DNA of 63,791 nucleotides, counting the filler, from Octopus bimaculoides (Eukaryota): assembly GCF_001194135.2 (NCBI RefSeq). It is 7 parts of 6 records of this genome, joined end to end, with 100 filler letters (N's around TTAATTAATTAA, not from the genome) between each part and the next. Parts side by side here need not be neighbours in the genome. Positions count along the whole stretch, not along the records: positions 1 to 29,206 come from NC_068992.1; 6 more parts are not named here. One strand, written 5' to 3'. Numbering within the stretch: the first letter of the stretch is position 1; every line of letters begins with the position of its first letter. The position numbers and the translations under genes are program-made. This document shows, one piece after another, positions 11,936-24,005 of this stretch. The notes below the pieces were generated by a model. It was not told where the DNA came from and made no database searches. It saw nothing but the letters and a program-made list of their open reading frames with translations.

Positions 11936-13642
11936 TGTAAAAATCTCAAGTTACCCCCATTTCAAGCAACCACCCGGTAATCTGAAATCGATTTCAAATT
12001 ACCAGGGCGGGGGGTAACCTGAAACCGATTTCAAATTATCCCACGCTCTTCACATTACCCCCTCAATGATTTTGCTAAACTAATAAATTCTAAGACTTAC
12101 TGCTCCTCTTATTTTTATAACATTAAATCCGATTGTAAACTTATCTTAAAATATGTAAATAAAACAAAAATATTAGATTTTTTTAAACGCTTTTATGATG
12201 CGCTGAGAAATAAAACATGTCGAATATCAGAGACTCTGTGTTGGCATTTTTTTTTTAAATAAGACTTTTTTTTTTTTTTATGAGAAAGAGATTTGGATTA
12301 GAGCACTTTTTTTCGAGAGATATGTAACAGATAGATGTTGTCAATAGTGGACTGAGTTGAGTTGACAGAATGTAATGATAACAGATTGATTTGAAGAACG
12401 ATATGTGTTTCATATACAAACCGAAATTTATTTATACACTTTAATTTAGTAAAGAAATGTATTTATAGACATTAAAACATCACTGCAGTTTTTATTTTTT
12501 TATTANNNNNNNNNNNNNNNNNNNNNNNNNNNNNNNNNNNNNNNNNNNNNNNNNNNNNNNNNNNNNNNNNNNNNNNNNNNNNNNNNNNNNNNNNNNNNNN
12601 NNNNNNNNNNNNNNNNNNNNNNNNNNNNNNNNNNNNNNNNNNNNNNNNNNNNNNNNNNNNNNNNNNNNNNNNNNNNNNNNNNNNNNNNNNNNNNNNNNNN
12701 NNNNNNNNNNNNNNNNNNNNNNNNNNNNNNNNNNNNNNNNNNNNNNNNNNNNNNNNNNNNNNNNNNNNNNNNNNNNNNNNNNNNNNNNNNNNNNNNNNNN
12801 NNNNNNNNNNNNNNNNNNNNNNNNNNNNNNNNNNNNNNNNNNNNNNNNNNNNNNNNNNNCGTTGTGAGTGTTTATTGAGCGAAAACACCTAAAGCTCCAC
12901 GAGGCTCCGGCAGGGGATGGTGGCGAACCCTGCTGTACTCTTTTACCACAACTTTCTCTCACTCTTTCTTCCTGTTTCTGTTGTGCCTGTAATTCAAAGG
13001 GTCAACCTTGTCACACTGTGTCACGCTGAATATCCCCGAGAACTACGTTAAGGGTATACGTGTCTGTGGAGTGCTCAGCCACTTGCACGTTAATTTCACG
13101 AGCAGGCTGTTCAGTTGATCGGATCGACTGGAACCCTCGACGTCATAAGCGACGGAGTGCCAACAACAACAACATTGTTATTTGATAATCAGTAGGTATT
13201 TTTGCCACAAACTTCTGCAACAGTATAAGGGCCTGTGCGACGTTCCATAAAATGTCCTCTCTTTCTTTCCTCTTGAATTAGGTTTTTGAGCAGAACTTTT
13301 ATTCCCAATACTGAACTGCTGTTGCCCATGTTTTCTATCGCATTGTTCTTTTTGAACGGACTGAGCTAGTCTAGTATACTAAAAGTAGCCATTCTGGATA
13401 TGCTTCTTCCAAATTTCTTCAGCTTAAGTAACTAAGTGAAAACGCCAACTAAATGAAAGCTCTGACTTCGCGTCCACGGTGACGAACATTTGGAGAAGTA
13501 TTTTAGGTGGGGGTGTAATCTGAAATCGTAGGGGGTAACTTGAAATCATTTTCAAACTACTCCCGGGGATAATTTGAAAGCGATTTCAAGTTATCGGGGG
13601 TGGGGATGTAATCTGAATGGGAGGTAATCTGAAATCGCCATA
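11936..13642 (-). mobile_element. Internally deleted Ginger-like (Gypsy-integrase-related) DNA transposon
   Basis: CCGG on both flanks (11932-11935, 13643-13646); termini TGTA... and ...CGCCATA; diverged TIRs and palindromic subterminal repeats at both ends; minus-strand integrase C-terminus AQSVQKEQCDRKHGQQQFSIGNK/VLLKNLIQEERKRGHFMERRTGPYTVAEVCGKNTY* (13366-13189) with GPY motif. Confidence 0.72.
12860..13173 (+). mobile_element. SINE head A/tail 2 nested in the Ginger-like element (5' end in N gap)
   Basis: Body and tail nearly identical to 10492-10873; (CAA)n tail abuts the integrase remnant. Confidence 0.9.
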
Positions 13643-13789
13643 CCGGAACTGAACTTGAAACCACGTGGTTACAAAGCGAACTTCTTAACCACATACCCAC
13701 ACCGGCGTCTATGTATTTTGTCACATTATGCTTCCGTACATTCTTTCATAGTAATTGAATTTCTGTTGTTTTATAGCCCTGCTATCATT

Positions 13790-14020
13790 GTCCCATTTCC
13801 AAAATTCCCTTCATTAATTATTTTGCTGCTGTTCCCAAAATCGTGACAAGAATTACTTTCAGATTTATGTCAACGAACCGTTTTCGCAGTTCCCAGATAA
13901 TTCCTGTTATTTTGCTTGTATTGTGATTATTATATCATATAATAACATTTCATGCAATATCCGTTCTCTAATGCAATTATATCTGTTTGCCATAATTCTG
14001 TTATTTGTATTCAATCGGTG
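13790..14020 (-). mobile_element. Possible decayed RLE-type (R4/Dong/NeSL-like) non-LTR 3' fragment
   Basis: Minus-strand pieces IMANR...LLYDIII and ELRKRFVDINLKVILVTILGT loosely resemble the RLE endonuclease end; very degenerate. Confidence 0.3.
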
Positions 14021-14127
14021 CAAGCAAATCCCTCAGGGTTTCACATCAGTCATTTCTAATAGTTTCTGACTGAATTCAGATTTCGATTAACTTTGAAGTG
14101 CATATATGTTTCTCTACTTTTACAGAA

Positions 14128-14275
14128 TGAAGGCGCGTAGCCAAGTGGTTAAGGTATTCGACTCTGATCATAGTGTCGTAGGTTCAGTTTCTGGACTGGG
14201 CAGTGCGTTGTTCCTTGAGCAAGGTACTTTATTTCATTTCACTTGAGTCTATTCAGCTGAAATGAGTACCTGCCG
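14128..14275 (+). mobile_element. SINE head B (GAAGGCGCGTGGCTTAGTGG) fragment
   Basis: AAGGCGCGTAGCCAAGTGGTTAAGGTATTCGACT...TCCTTGAGCAAGGTACTTTATTTCA. Confidence 0.75.
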
Positions 14276-14334
14276 GTGCTGGTATGACTCTTTCTCACAT
14301 CTCCGAGGCTCAAGCGAAAAAACACTAAGAAGGA

Positions 14335-14748
14335 ATGTATATTTGCTTGTGTTTATTGATTATCTTCAAAAGGGCCACACCGTCAATGGAGAGTATTATG
14401 CCAACTTGCTGAGGCAGTTGCGAAAGGCTATCAAGACCAAACGCCCAGGAAAACTGGCGAAAGGAGTTTTGTTTCATCAGGGTAATATTCCAGCACGTAA
14501 GTCTTTGCTTTCAATAGATGCTATGCGTGACTGTGGCTTTGAATTGGTTGACCACCCTCTATCAAATGGTTGACCACCCTCCCTATTTTCCTCATTTGAT
14601 CGTAGTGATGAGGACGTCATATTGTAGTGATGAGGATGAAAGCTTTTTCAACAATGGGACCCAAGGACGGCGACACTGATGAAAGAAGAGTCTGGACCGC
14701 ATATGAGAGTATCTTGGTCAGTCTGTAACCTTTTCAGCCGACCCTCGT
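14335..14748 (+). mobile_element. Mariner (DD34D) transposase 3' fragment with 3' TIR
   Basis: FIDYLQKGHTVNGEYYANLLRQLRKAIKTKRPGKLAKGVLFHQGNIPA...CGFELVDHP(PYSP); decayed end then TIR-like CTTTTCAGCCGACCCTCGT; small local duplications. Confidence 0.88.
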
Positions 14749-14865
14749 TGACTCCTAACTAAAACAAGTAGCGGAAGTACGGCGCATGTTATCAGGCTAT
14801 ACTCGCTTGCGAGTGAGGACCATCTATACTTGTACTCTTTCCTACTGTACTCTTTAATATCCTTA

Positions 14866-15111
14866 ATGCACCCTTTTAAAGCCTAGCCAGGCTCATGGGC
14901 CCGGTTTCCCGGTTTCAATGGCGTATGTCTTCCCCAGCTGGACGGGACGCCAGTCCATCGCAGCGTTACTCATTTTTAGCCAGCTGAGTGGACTGAAGCA
15001 ACGTAAAATGAAGTGTTTTGCTCAAGAACACAACGCGTCGCCCAGTCCAGGAATCGAAACTCCAATCTTACGATCATGAGCCCAACACTAACCACTAAGC
15101 CACGTACCTCC
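14866..15111 (-). mobile_element. SINE head B with tail type 1
   Basis: Tail is the reverse complement of 7100-7215; head rc GGAGGTACGTGGCTTAGTGGTTAG. Confidence 0.88.
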
Positions 15112-15379
15112 ACTATCCCCAGTGTACTCGTATTTAGTACTGAGTTGTCAGATAAATCCTTTTGTTTCCTACCCATCCTTATTTTTGTTAATTCTTTCCA
15201 ATGTTATTTGAATTAACACGAAAGTTATTTTTGTTCTAGTGTTTTATGAGGATTCTTTTTGTAGCTTTATTCTTCCTCTACAACTTTTGTTTATCGATTC
15301 TGAAATCTGAATAAATCTTACCTTTTTCCAGACGTATGACGATGGAGTACTAAGTAGAAAAGAAAAGAAACGAACGAAT

Positions 15380-15620
15380 TTATCGAACAACCCGACACAT
15401 ATCTAGTTTCTCAGATGTTCCCAATAATCTGACAGTAAGATAGAAATCGATTCCTTCAATGGCGAGAATATTTTGCCCGTTTTCAACAAGGATTTTCCAG
15501 AGCTTCTTCCATCCACTCCTTAATATTTCCGCTATTATATCATCTTTTCCTGCAGCTTTCATCGCTCGTCATCAGCTTTAAACCATTCTCTATTTCACTG
15601 ACCAGAATGGGTAGCTCTTC
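15380..15620 (-). mobile_element. RTE-like LINE reverse transcriptase fragment
   Basis: ELPILVSEIENGLKL..KAAGKDDIIAEILRSG resembles the KAxGxDxIxAExLK pre-RT motif of non-LTR elements. Confidence 0.6.
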
Positions 15621-16590
15621 GTTTTTGTTTTGTTTTGTTATTTTAATTCAAGAATAACAAAACTAAGGTTTTTTCATCACTTTTTGTTGGTAGCAAATTG
15701 TTAAACTTTTCGCATTTGATTTTGTCTTCGAGCTTGCATTCGCTTTACCGACTTCTTTAAATGTCAATTCCTTACAATTTTTCAATTCATGTTATGCTTT
15801 CCCATCTGGCAGTGCTAAAGCCTGACAATTCCTTATTTATGCATGACCTTATATGGAAAATTCGAAATGTAATCACAAGCGTCAGCTATTCCTAATTGCT
15901 ATTGTTACTAATAGTTCTTTTGCTAGATATCGACTCGTTGTGATACTAATGTTTTGTTGGGTATGTTCATTTTATACACACACACACACACACACACANN
16001 NNNNNNNNNNNNNNNNNNNNNNNNNNNNNNNNNNNNNNNNNNNNNNNNNNNNNNNNNNNNNNNNNNNNNNNNNNNNNNNNNNNNNNNNNNNNNNNNNNNN
16101 NNNNNNNNNNNNNNNNNNNNNNNNNNNNNNNNNNNNNNNNNNNNNNNNNNNNNNNNNNNNNNNNNNNNNNNNNNNNNNNNNNNNNNNNNNNNNNNNNNNN
16201 NNNNNNNNNNNNNNNNNNNNNNNNNNNNNNNNNNNNNNNNNNNNNNNNNNNNNNNNNNNNNNNNNNNNNNNNNNNNNNNNNNNNNNNNNNNNNNNNNNNN
16301 NNNNNNNNNNNNNNNNNNNNNNNNNNNNNNNNNNNNNNNNNNNNNNNNNNNNNNNNNNNNNNNNNNNNNNNNNNNNNNNNNNNNNNNNNNNNNNNNNNNN
16401 NNNNNNNNNNNNNNNNNNNNNNNNNNNNNNNNNNNNNNNNNNNNNNNNNNNNNNNNNNNNNNNNNNNNNNNNNNNNNNNNNNNNNNNNNNNNNNNNNNNN
16501 NNNNNNNNNNNNNNNNNNNNNNNNNNNNNNNNNNNNNNNNNNNNNNNNNNNNNNNNNNNNNNNNNNNNNNNNNNNNNNNNNNNNNNNNNN

Positions 16591-16625
<35 letters not shown>

Positions 16626-16626
<1 letters not shown>

Positions 16627-16850
16627 CTTTTATCGGTTACTTGTTTCAGTCATTAGACTGCGGCCATACTGGGGCACCATCTTGAAGAATTTATAGTCGA
16701 ATGCATCGAACCCAGTACTTTTTTGAAGCCTGGTGGTTATTTATTAATCTCTTTTGTCAAACTGCTAAGTTACGGGGCCATAAACACACTAACACCGATT
16801 GTCAAGCGGTGGAGGTGGAGACAAACATAGACACACATACATAGAAACAT
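16626..16850 (-). mobile_element. SINE family D, 3' half
   Basis: TTGTTTCAGTCATTAGACTGCGGCC...CTAAGTTACGGGG...TTGTCAAGCG. Confidence 0.8.
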
Positions 16851-16866
16851 ATATATACATATATAT

Positions 16867-16876
<10 letters not shown>

Positions 16877-16933
<57 letters not shown>
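16877..16933. repeat. (GA)n microsatellite
   Basis: Direct reading. Confidence 0.97.
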
Positions 16934-16935
<2 letters not shown>

Positions 16936-17636
16936 TATATATACATATATATATACTATCAAATGACACCCCGTCCATTAGACGGTTTGTATAGGTGAAG
17001 AGAGTTAACTTGGACTGTGTTAAGTTGTGGAGATGTTTGGTTAGTGTATGGGGTTGTTACTTTTGGTTAAGGCATTAAAGATTCTTGAGACACTAAAACT
17101 GTTAACTGTTTCTTTTAAGTAAGGAAAATTGGTTGGTAGTGAATCGTAACACAGTGAACCTTTTCAAAATTGTCACAAGGCCAATAAAATGAAGGAAAGC
17201 TGTTCAGCCCACAATATATGCAACTTCCAGTGGAATCGGACATCATAATTAAACTTAAACTTTTTGTACTTAAACACTTTCTCATTAGGATAAGCACAAT
17301 GTACAACATGAATTTGCTGATCTTGAGAAAATCTCATCTCTTTTCAGACTCTTGCCTTGGGTTTTCTACAATCGCCCTTGTTTTATACTTGTTTCTGTAT
17401 TTCTCACGCTCATTCTGTAAAAAATAATTTGAAGGGAGCAGAAATTGAAAGAAGAGAAAGCGAGGTGAACAGGGAAAGAAAGTGACGTCTATATGAAATG
17501 GACGTGTGTGTATGTGTTTGTGTGTGTGNNNNNNNNNNNNNNNNNNNNNNNNNNNNNNNNNNNNNNNNNNNNNNNNNNNNNNNNNNNNNNNNNNNNNNNN
17601 NNNNNNNNNNNNNNNNNNNNNNNNNNNNNNNNNNNN

Positions 17637-17683
<47 letters not shown>

Positions 17684-17872
17684 CAGACATGTGTGCATGT
17701 ATGCATGTATGCATGTATGCATATATGTATGCATGTATGCATACATGCATGCATGTATACATAGGTGTATATATTTATATATGTACATGTACGTTTATCT
17801 AAGTTTACATTTGTGCGTTTGTGCTCATAGATAATTAGATAGACATGCAGAAAGACAGATAGCTACATAGAT

Positions 17873-17878
17873 AGATAA

Positions 17879-17934
<56 letters not shown>
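17873..17934. repeat. (GATA)n microsatellite
   Basis: Direct reading. Confidence 0.95.
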
Positions 17935-17935
<1 letters not shown>

Positions 17936-18388
17936 AACACATATGTATACACACATACATATACATACATTATACAAACATATGTATATGCATGTATTTG
18001 TGCGTGTGTGTGTGTGTGTGTCTACACATCAGACCTGCGTGAAGTGTTTGGTACGTCAGGTAAGGAGGTATGGGGAGGAATTCGATTTCTCCAATATGCT
18101 TTTCTTTTTTGTATCGTTTCTATCCTGTTGACTTTCATATGTTTACATAAGATTGATCTATACACGCCTTACTAATAACCATATATATATATATATACAC
18201 ATATGAGAGTAGATTTGATGTATTGACAAACGTGGGTGTGAGGCTGGTGAGAGGCAAAAGATAGCATCAATCGATAGAGTCAAGAGTTTCATAAAATAGA
18301 TATATATGGACAACTCATATTTAGTCATGGCTTCTTTCTTACATCACGATGCTGCTTTGTTTGTTAACTGTTGTTATTGTTGTTGTGT

Positions 18389-18612
18389 GGAGGCGCAATG
18401 GCCTAGTGGTTAGGGCAGCGGACTCGAGGTCATAGGATCGCGGTTTCGATTCCCAGACCGGGCGTTGTGAGTGTTTATTGAGCGAAAACACCTAAAGCTC
18501 CACGTGTCTGTGGAGTGCTCAGCCACTTGCACGTTAATTTCACGAGCAGGCTGTTCCGTTGATTGGATCAACTGGAACCCTCGACGTCGTAAGCGACGGC
18601 GTGCCAACAACA
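18389..18612 (+). mobile_element. SINE head A/tail 2 with internal deletion
   Basis: AAGCTCCACG joined to TGTCTGTGGAGTG at a CACG microhomology relative to 10492-10873. Confidence 0.88.
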
Positions 18613-18744
18613 ATTGTTGTTGTTGTTGTAATTGTTATAGTCGTTGTGAATTCATTCTAACAAATTCATTCTATGACTAGCATGGGTCATAGAATCATGA
18701 AGGTGCACTTGTTTTTTAATGTTTTTGAATGTTGTGATTCATGT

Positions 18745-18829
18745 ATTCACCTGATGAAAACGGTTTTTTCTAATGCTGTAATGTCTCCATTAATCAATAA
18801 CAAATTCGTTGGAAACAGCTGTAGTGGAT
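18745..18829 (+). ncRNA. Type I hammerhead ribozyme motif with intact core (Penelope-type) and long helix II
   Basis: ATTCAC-CTGATGA-A-AACGG..(42 nt)..TCGTT-G-GAAAC-AGCT-GTA-GTGGAT: 6-bp stem I (one G.U), CUGAUGA, GAAA, palindromic AGCU loop, GUA triplet (predicted cut after 18823). Confidence 0.68.
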
Positions 18830-19492
18830 TGACACATTATCCATCTGTTATTTATTTATTTATTTAATATTCACCTTACTCGGAACCTGTTCCTTGCATA
18901 GATCCAAAGTATATAATGGACTGTACATTTAGTATAAATTCAAATTCAAAATGGGTGACGACTAGTATCACACTTGAAATTCAAGGATACCAACGAATTT
19001 GAATCAGACTGTTTTGATCCATACATGTAACTCCCAATAAATTGGTTAGTGCCCTTCTTTCGGTAGCCCACCCACTCGTATATATATATATATATATATA
19101 TATACATCGTATATATNNNNNNNNNNNNNNNNNNNNNNNNNNNNNNNNNNNNNNNNNNNNNNNNNNNNNNNNNNNNNNNNNNNNNNNNNNNNNNNNNNNN
19201 NNNNNNNNNNNNNNNNNNNNNNNNNNNNNNNNNNNNNNNNNNNNNNNNNNNNNNNNNNNNNNNNNNNNNNNNNNNNNNNNNNNNNNNNNNNNNNNNNNNN
19301 NNNNNNNNNNNNNNNNNNNNNNNNNNNNNNNNNNNNNNNNNNNNNTATCGTTACTTTTCATAAAAAGCCTTTACCTTTTTTTTATATTTCCAATGTGCAT
19401 TTTCGCTTATTTTTCTTCTTACTTTCCCCTTACATTCCCACGTGTAGTTTCTATTTTGTTTTTGTAACATATTTCTATTATATATATATATA

Positions 19493-19642
19493 AACAGATG
19501 GATAATGTATCACTTCACTACAGCTGTTCCCTACGAATTTTAATTGATTAATGGAGACATTACATAATTAGAAAAAAACATTTTCATCAGGTAAACACAT
19601 GAATCACAACATTGAAAAACATTCAAACGCCACTGTACCCTC
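19493..19642 (-). mobile_element. Second, inverted copy of the hammerhead-bearing repeat (partner of 18699-18849)
   Basis: Reverse complement aligns with 18699-18849; hammerhead at 19513-19596 reads GTTTAC-CTGATGA...G-GGAAC-AGCT-GTA-GTGAAG (A13 changed to G). Confidence 0.8.
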
Positions 19643-20087
19643 TCTCTTTACATTCTATCACGGTCTGTGTAGGAGAATTACCAACGTAGTTATATAGCAA
19701 AAGATTTCCTAGCCTCGCAGCGCCCCCCCCCCCTCCGATTGAACTTTTGCTTAGATGGTTGTATTTTGATTACTCTAAGATACCTTTTATAACTATTTTA
19801 TACCTATTTTAATTGGCACTAAAACGTGTCTATAATGTAATAGATTGCTTAATCCACTTGCCTCCTACCATATATATTATATTTTATTACATTTAATCTT
19901 ATTACATTTATTTTATCATACCCATTACTTCTTATCTTATTTCTTTATTGCCCACAAGAGGCCAAACAAGGACAGACAAAGGGATTAAGTCGATTACATC
20001 GACCCCAGTGCGTTACTGGTATTTAATTTATCGACCCCGAATGTAATTGATAGTGGCCCGATTTTTTTTATCTTATATACTATTTTA

Positions 20088-20488
20088 TTCTTTTACTTGT
20101 ATTTGTCATTTGACTGCGGCCTTGCTGGAGCACCGCCTTGAGATGTTTCAGTCGAAGTAATCGATCCCAGTACTCTGATAAATTAAGCCTAGTACTTATT
20201 GTATCAGAGGCTTTTGCTGAACTGTCGTAAACACATCAACACCGGTCGTCAAGTGATGGAGAACAAACACAGACACAAGAACTCACACTCATAGACATGT
20301 ACATATATATATATATATATATACATATACGACAGGTTTCTTTCAGTTTCCGTCTACCAAATCCACTCACGAGGCTTTGGTCGGGCCCGAGGTTATAGTA
20401 AAAGACACCTACCTAAGGTGCCACGCAGTGGAACTGAACCCGGAACCATGCGGTTGGGAAGCAAGTTTCTTACCACACAGCCACGCCT
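20088..20488 (-). mobile_element. SINE family D, full length (preceded by family C-like tail fragment 19945-20040)
   Basis: Collinear with 6176-6611. Confidence 0.9.
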
Positions 20489-20795
20489 CTCTGAAATTTT
20501 TATAAATTTTTTTTTAAATATATAATATTTTTATCATATTGCTGTATCATAGTAACAATTCCACATTTCTCGAGTATACCTTCAGGGTATATACTTTGAT
20601 GCATACCTTATACTTATAAACTAATAATACTAATTTGTATCCATATTTTAGTATGATTAATGCGTGCATTTATATTGATATTTATATTTTTTTTATTCAT
20701 ATCTGATTATTTATAATTTATAGTTAGAAATAGTTTATGTATTATGTACTGATATGCCTTATGTCGTATGCAATATGTATAAATACGTTCTTATA

Positions 20796-21670
20796 TAATG
20801 GGTCATCTCATAAATAATGTAGTTTTTCCATTTGCATGAACTAAAAGTCGGAGGGTTACGGGATAAATTACCTGCATCAACTTGCTATAAAAGCAGGTAG
20901 TCATTTTACCTTGTACTTATTTTTAGTAGAGTGCAGTTCGATTTTAACAGTTATTTTTTCAAAGCTATAATCGAAGTGACAAAGAAGCATATTCGGCATA
21001 TTTTGCTTTACGAGTTCAATAAAAGAAATAACGCAATGGAAAGTGCGAGGAATATTAATGCAATATATGGGGATCGGACAATAAGTGTAAGCCAGTGTCA
21101 ACTGTGGTTCCAGAAATTCCGAACCGGAAACTACATCTTCGGAGATGATCCTCGTCCTGGAAGATCTGTAGAGCTCGAAGAGGAAGTCCGGAAAATCCTG
21201 GTGGGAGAAAATTCCATTGTAACTGTTGATGAACTAGCAGAGAAGCTTGGAATTGGTCATTCAACCATTCATCGACACCTGCGTGCCACCAGAAAAGTCA
21301 GTAAACTGGGTCAATGGGTTCCTCACAAACTTTCCGAGTCTAATCGCTCGCAGAGAGTGAATGTGTGCTCTTCTTTGCTGTCACGTCTCACGAATGAACC
21401 TTTTTTTTTGGATGAATAGTGACTGGTGACGAGAAATGACTTCTCTATAAAAGTGTAAAGCGCCGAAGATAGTGGATAGGAAAAGGAGAAACACCGGCAC
21501 CCCAGGCTGAAGAAGGTCTTCACCCACGTAAGGTGTTGTTATCTGTTTGGTGGGATATGAAGGGTTTAGTCCACTTTGAGCTTTTAAACCCAAACCAAAC
21601 GATAACAAAAGAGATATACCGCAAGCAGCTTGAGCGGCGTAAGTTAGCTCTGGAAGTAAAACGACCATCT
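20796..21670 (+). mobile_element. Mariner transposase pseudogene, 5' two-thirds, 3'-truncated at a SINE C copy
   Basis: HIRHILLYEFNK...WFQKFRTG...WVPHKL...FLD(R)IVTGDEK*...HPRKVLLSVWWDMKGLVHFELL; frameshift at 21400-21420 and in-frame stops; probable TIR GGGTCATCTCATAAATAATG at about 20800. Confidence 0.92.
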
Positions 21671-21801
21671 TAAGTTCAAATTCCACCGAGGTCGACTTTA
21701 CCTTTCATCCTTTCGTGGTTCATAAAGTAAGTACCAGTTGAACACTGGGGCCGATGTAATTGACAGATCCCCACCTGTCCCAAGCTGCCCTTGTGGCAAA
21801 G
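21671..21801 (+). mobile_element. SINE family C fragment
   Basis: AAGTTCAAATTCCACCGAGGTCGACTTTACCTTTCATCCTTTCG. Confidence 0.82.
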
Positions 21802-22080
21802 NNNNNNNNNNNNNNNNNNNNNNNNNNNNNNNNNNNNNNNNNNNNNNNNNNNNNNNNNNNNNNNNNNNNNNNNNNNNNNNNNNNNNNNNNNNNNNNNNNN
21901 NNNNNNNNNNNNNNNNNNNNNNNNNNNNNNNNNNNNNNNNNNNNNNNNNNNNNNNNNNNNNNNNNNNNNNNNNNNNNNNNNNNNNNNNNNNNNNNNNNNN
22001 NNNNNNNNNNNNNNNNNNNNNNNNNNNNNNNNNNNNNNNNNNNNNNNNNNNNNTATCCTGTTACATTACTTTATTTTAGT

Positions 22081-22468
22081 GGAGGCGCAATGGCCCAGTG
22101 GTTAGGGCAGCGGACTCGTGGTTATAGGATCGCGGTTTCGATTCCCAGACCGGGCGTTGTTAGTGTTTATTGAGCGAAGACACCTAAAGTTCCACGAGGC
22201 TCCGGCAGGGGATGGTGGCGAACCCTGCTGTACTCTTTCACCTCAACTTTCTCTCACTATTACGTCCTGTTTCTGTTGTACCTGTATTTCAAAGGGGCCA
22301 GCCTTGTCACGCTGTGTCACGCTGAATATCCTCGAAAACTACGTTAAGGGTAGTGTCTGTGGAGTGCTCAGCCACTTGCACGTTAATTTCACGAGCAGGC
22401 TGTTCCATTGATCGGATCAACTGGAACCCTCGACGTTGTAAGCGACGGAGTGCCAACAACAACAACAA
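22081..22468 (+). mobile_element. SINE head A/tail 2, full length
   Basis: Collinear with 10492-10873, (CAA)n tail. Confidence 0.92.
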
Positions 22469-23460
22469 TTCAACACGTCCATTCTTAAAAACGAAAATAG
22501 TTCAAATTCTTGATGTAATTGAAGGAAGTTTAAGCAGCTTTATACCAATCCGTTTCAACACCTACCATAGAAACTATGTCATACCGTAGAGAAAGTTATG
22601 CATGGTTTTGTTACATCATGCACTCACCATTTGCTTTTACTTTTTTCGCTTTTTAACGACCTTTATTGATTACAAGTCGATTTGTTTTGTTTTTTCTTTT
22701 GTTTTCGTGGGGTTTTTTTTTATTTAGGAAGAGATGCTTTGATATATATTTCCAGGCTTTTTATGTTTCATTTGTGTTTTATAGAATTCACTACTTTTCC
22801 TTGTTTTTTTTATTTTGTTTTGTCTCGTTTTTTGTTTTTTGTTTTGTTTTTTCCTAGCTACTGCATATTTAACTGCGCCTTTGTTTGACCCAATAAACAT
22901 TTCTTGAGTCAAAGCACAGCTGACGTGCAGCTGTCAATGGAAAAGACCGTTAGGAACGGTGAACATAATATATTTAGTTCAATTATTAACTTCATTTTTC
23001 TCTCCCTGTCTTACACACCCTCTCTATCTCTTTCACAATCCCAATCTTTTTCTTTCTCTCCATCAATTTCTCTCAATAGATCCAATCTTGTGAGTTATTA
23101 TACGGGTGATAATTTATAATCGATTCGTGAACAGATCTCGTGGTACGGCGTGGTATGATATGGTATGTACTACAGCATTGTTCTATTTGTATGATATGGT
23201 GACCTTTTGTTATGTCGCGGCTGTGATGTCACTTGCTATAGTATTAAAGTATTATATATGTACTGTAACATTGCTGTGATGTAGTGTGGTTTCTTGTGAC
23301 ATAGTTGTGTCCTATGCTGTTATTCCTTTGTTTGGTACACTTTATTGTGAATGCGGGGTGGTCGTGTACTTTGATGAGGTAAAGTGCGATACCATGTAGA
23401 TTTGTAGTGATGTATATATAGAATGGAGTGGCAATGAATGAAATGTTGATGCATTCTTTT

Positions 23461-23669
23461 CTACTCTAGGTTAAAGGCCCAAAATTTATAGGGAGGAGTC
23501 CAGTCGATTAGATCGACCCCAGTACGCAAGTGGTACTTAATTGGAGTGGTACTTAATCCTCTGAAAAGCAAAGTCGACCTCGGCAGAATTTGAACTCACA
23601 ACGTAAAGACAGACGAAATACCGCTAAGCACTTCGACCGGCGTGCTAACGTTTCTGCCAGCTCGCCGCC
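23461..23669 (-). mobile_element. SINE family C, near full length
   Basis: Ends in CTGCCAGCTCGCCGCC (rc of head). Confidence 0.88.
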
Positions 23670-23756
23670 CTACAATGTTGATGTTTTAATGAGTGAAATG
23701 TTGAGTGGACGTATGGCATGTTATTGTCTATTACTGGCATTCCATTGGGTACAACA

Positions 23757-24005
23757 AGGGTTCCAGCTGATGCGTTCGACGGAACAGCCTGCAAGTGGCT
23801 GAGAACTCCACAGACATGCATACCCTTAGTGTAGTTATCTGAGAGATTCAGCATGATACAGAATGTAACAAAGCTGGCCCTTTGATTTACAGGTACAACG
23901 TGAAACAAAATGTATTTCAGAAAACCACAACGCACCACCAGATAACGAACTCACAAGCTTACGATCTTGAGCCGAATATCCTAACCACTTAGCCACGTGC
24001 CTTCA
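23757..24005 (-). mobile_element. SINE head B with tail type 2
   Basis: Diverged rc of 35599-35908. Confidence 0.78.

Larger units (their letters stand above)
11547..13702 (-). mobile_element. SINE family D split by a Ginger-like insertion (SINE parts 11547-11935 and 13643-13702)
   Basis: Removing 11936-13646 rejoins GACACTTGCCCAAG..CCATGGACCGG|AACTGAACTTGAAACCACGTGG, collinear with intact D copies. Confidence 0.75.
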
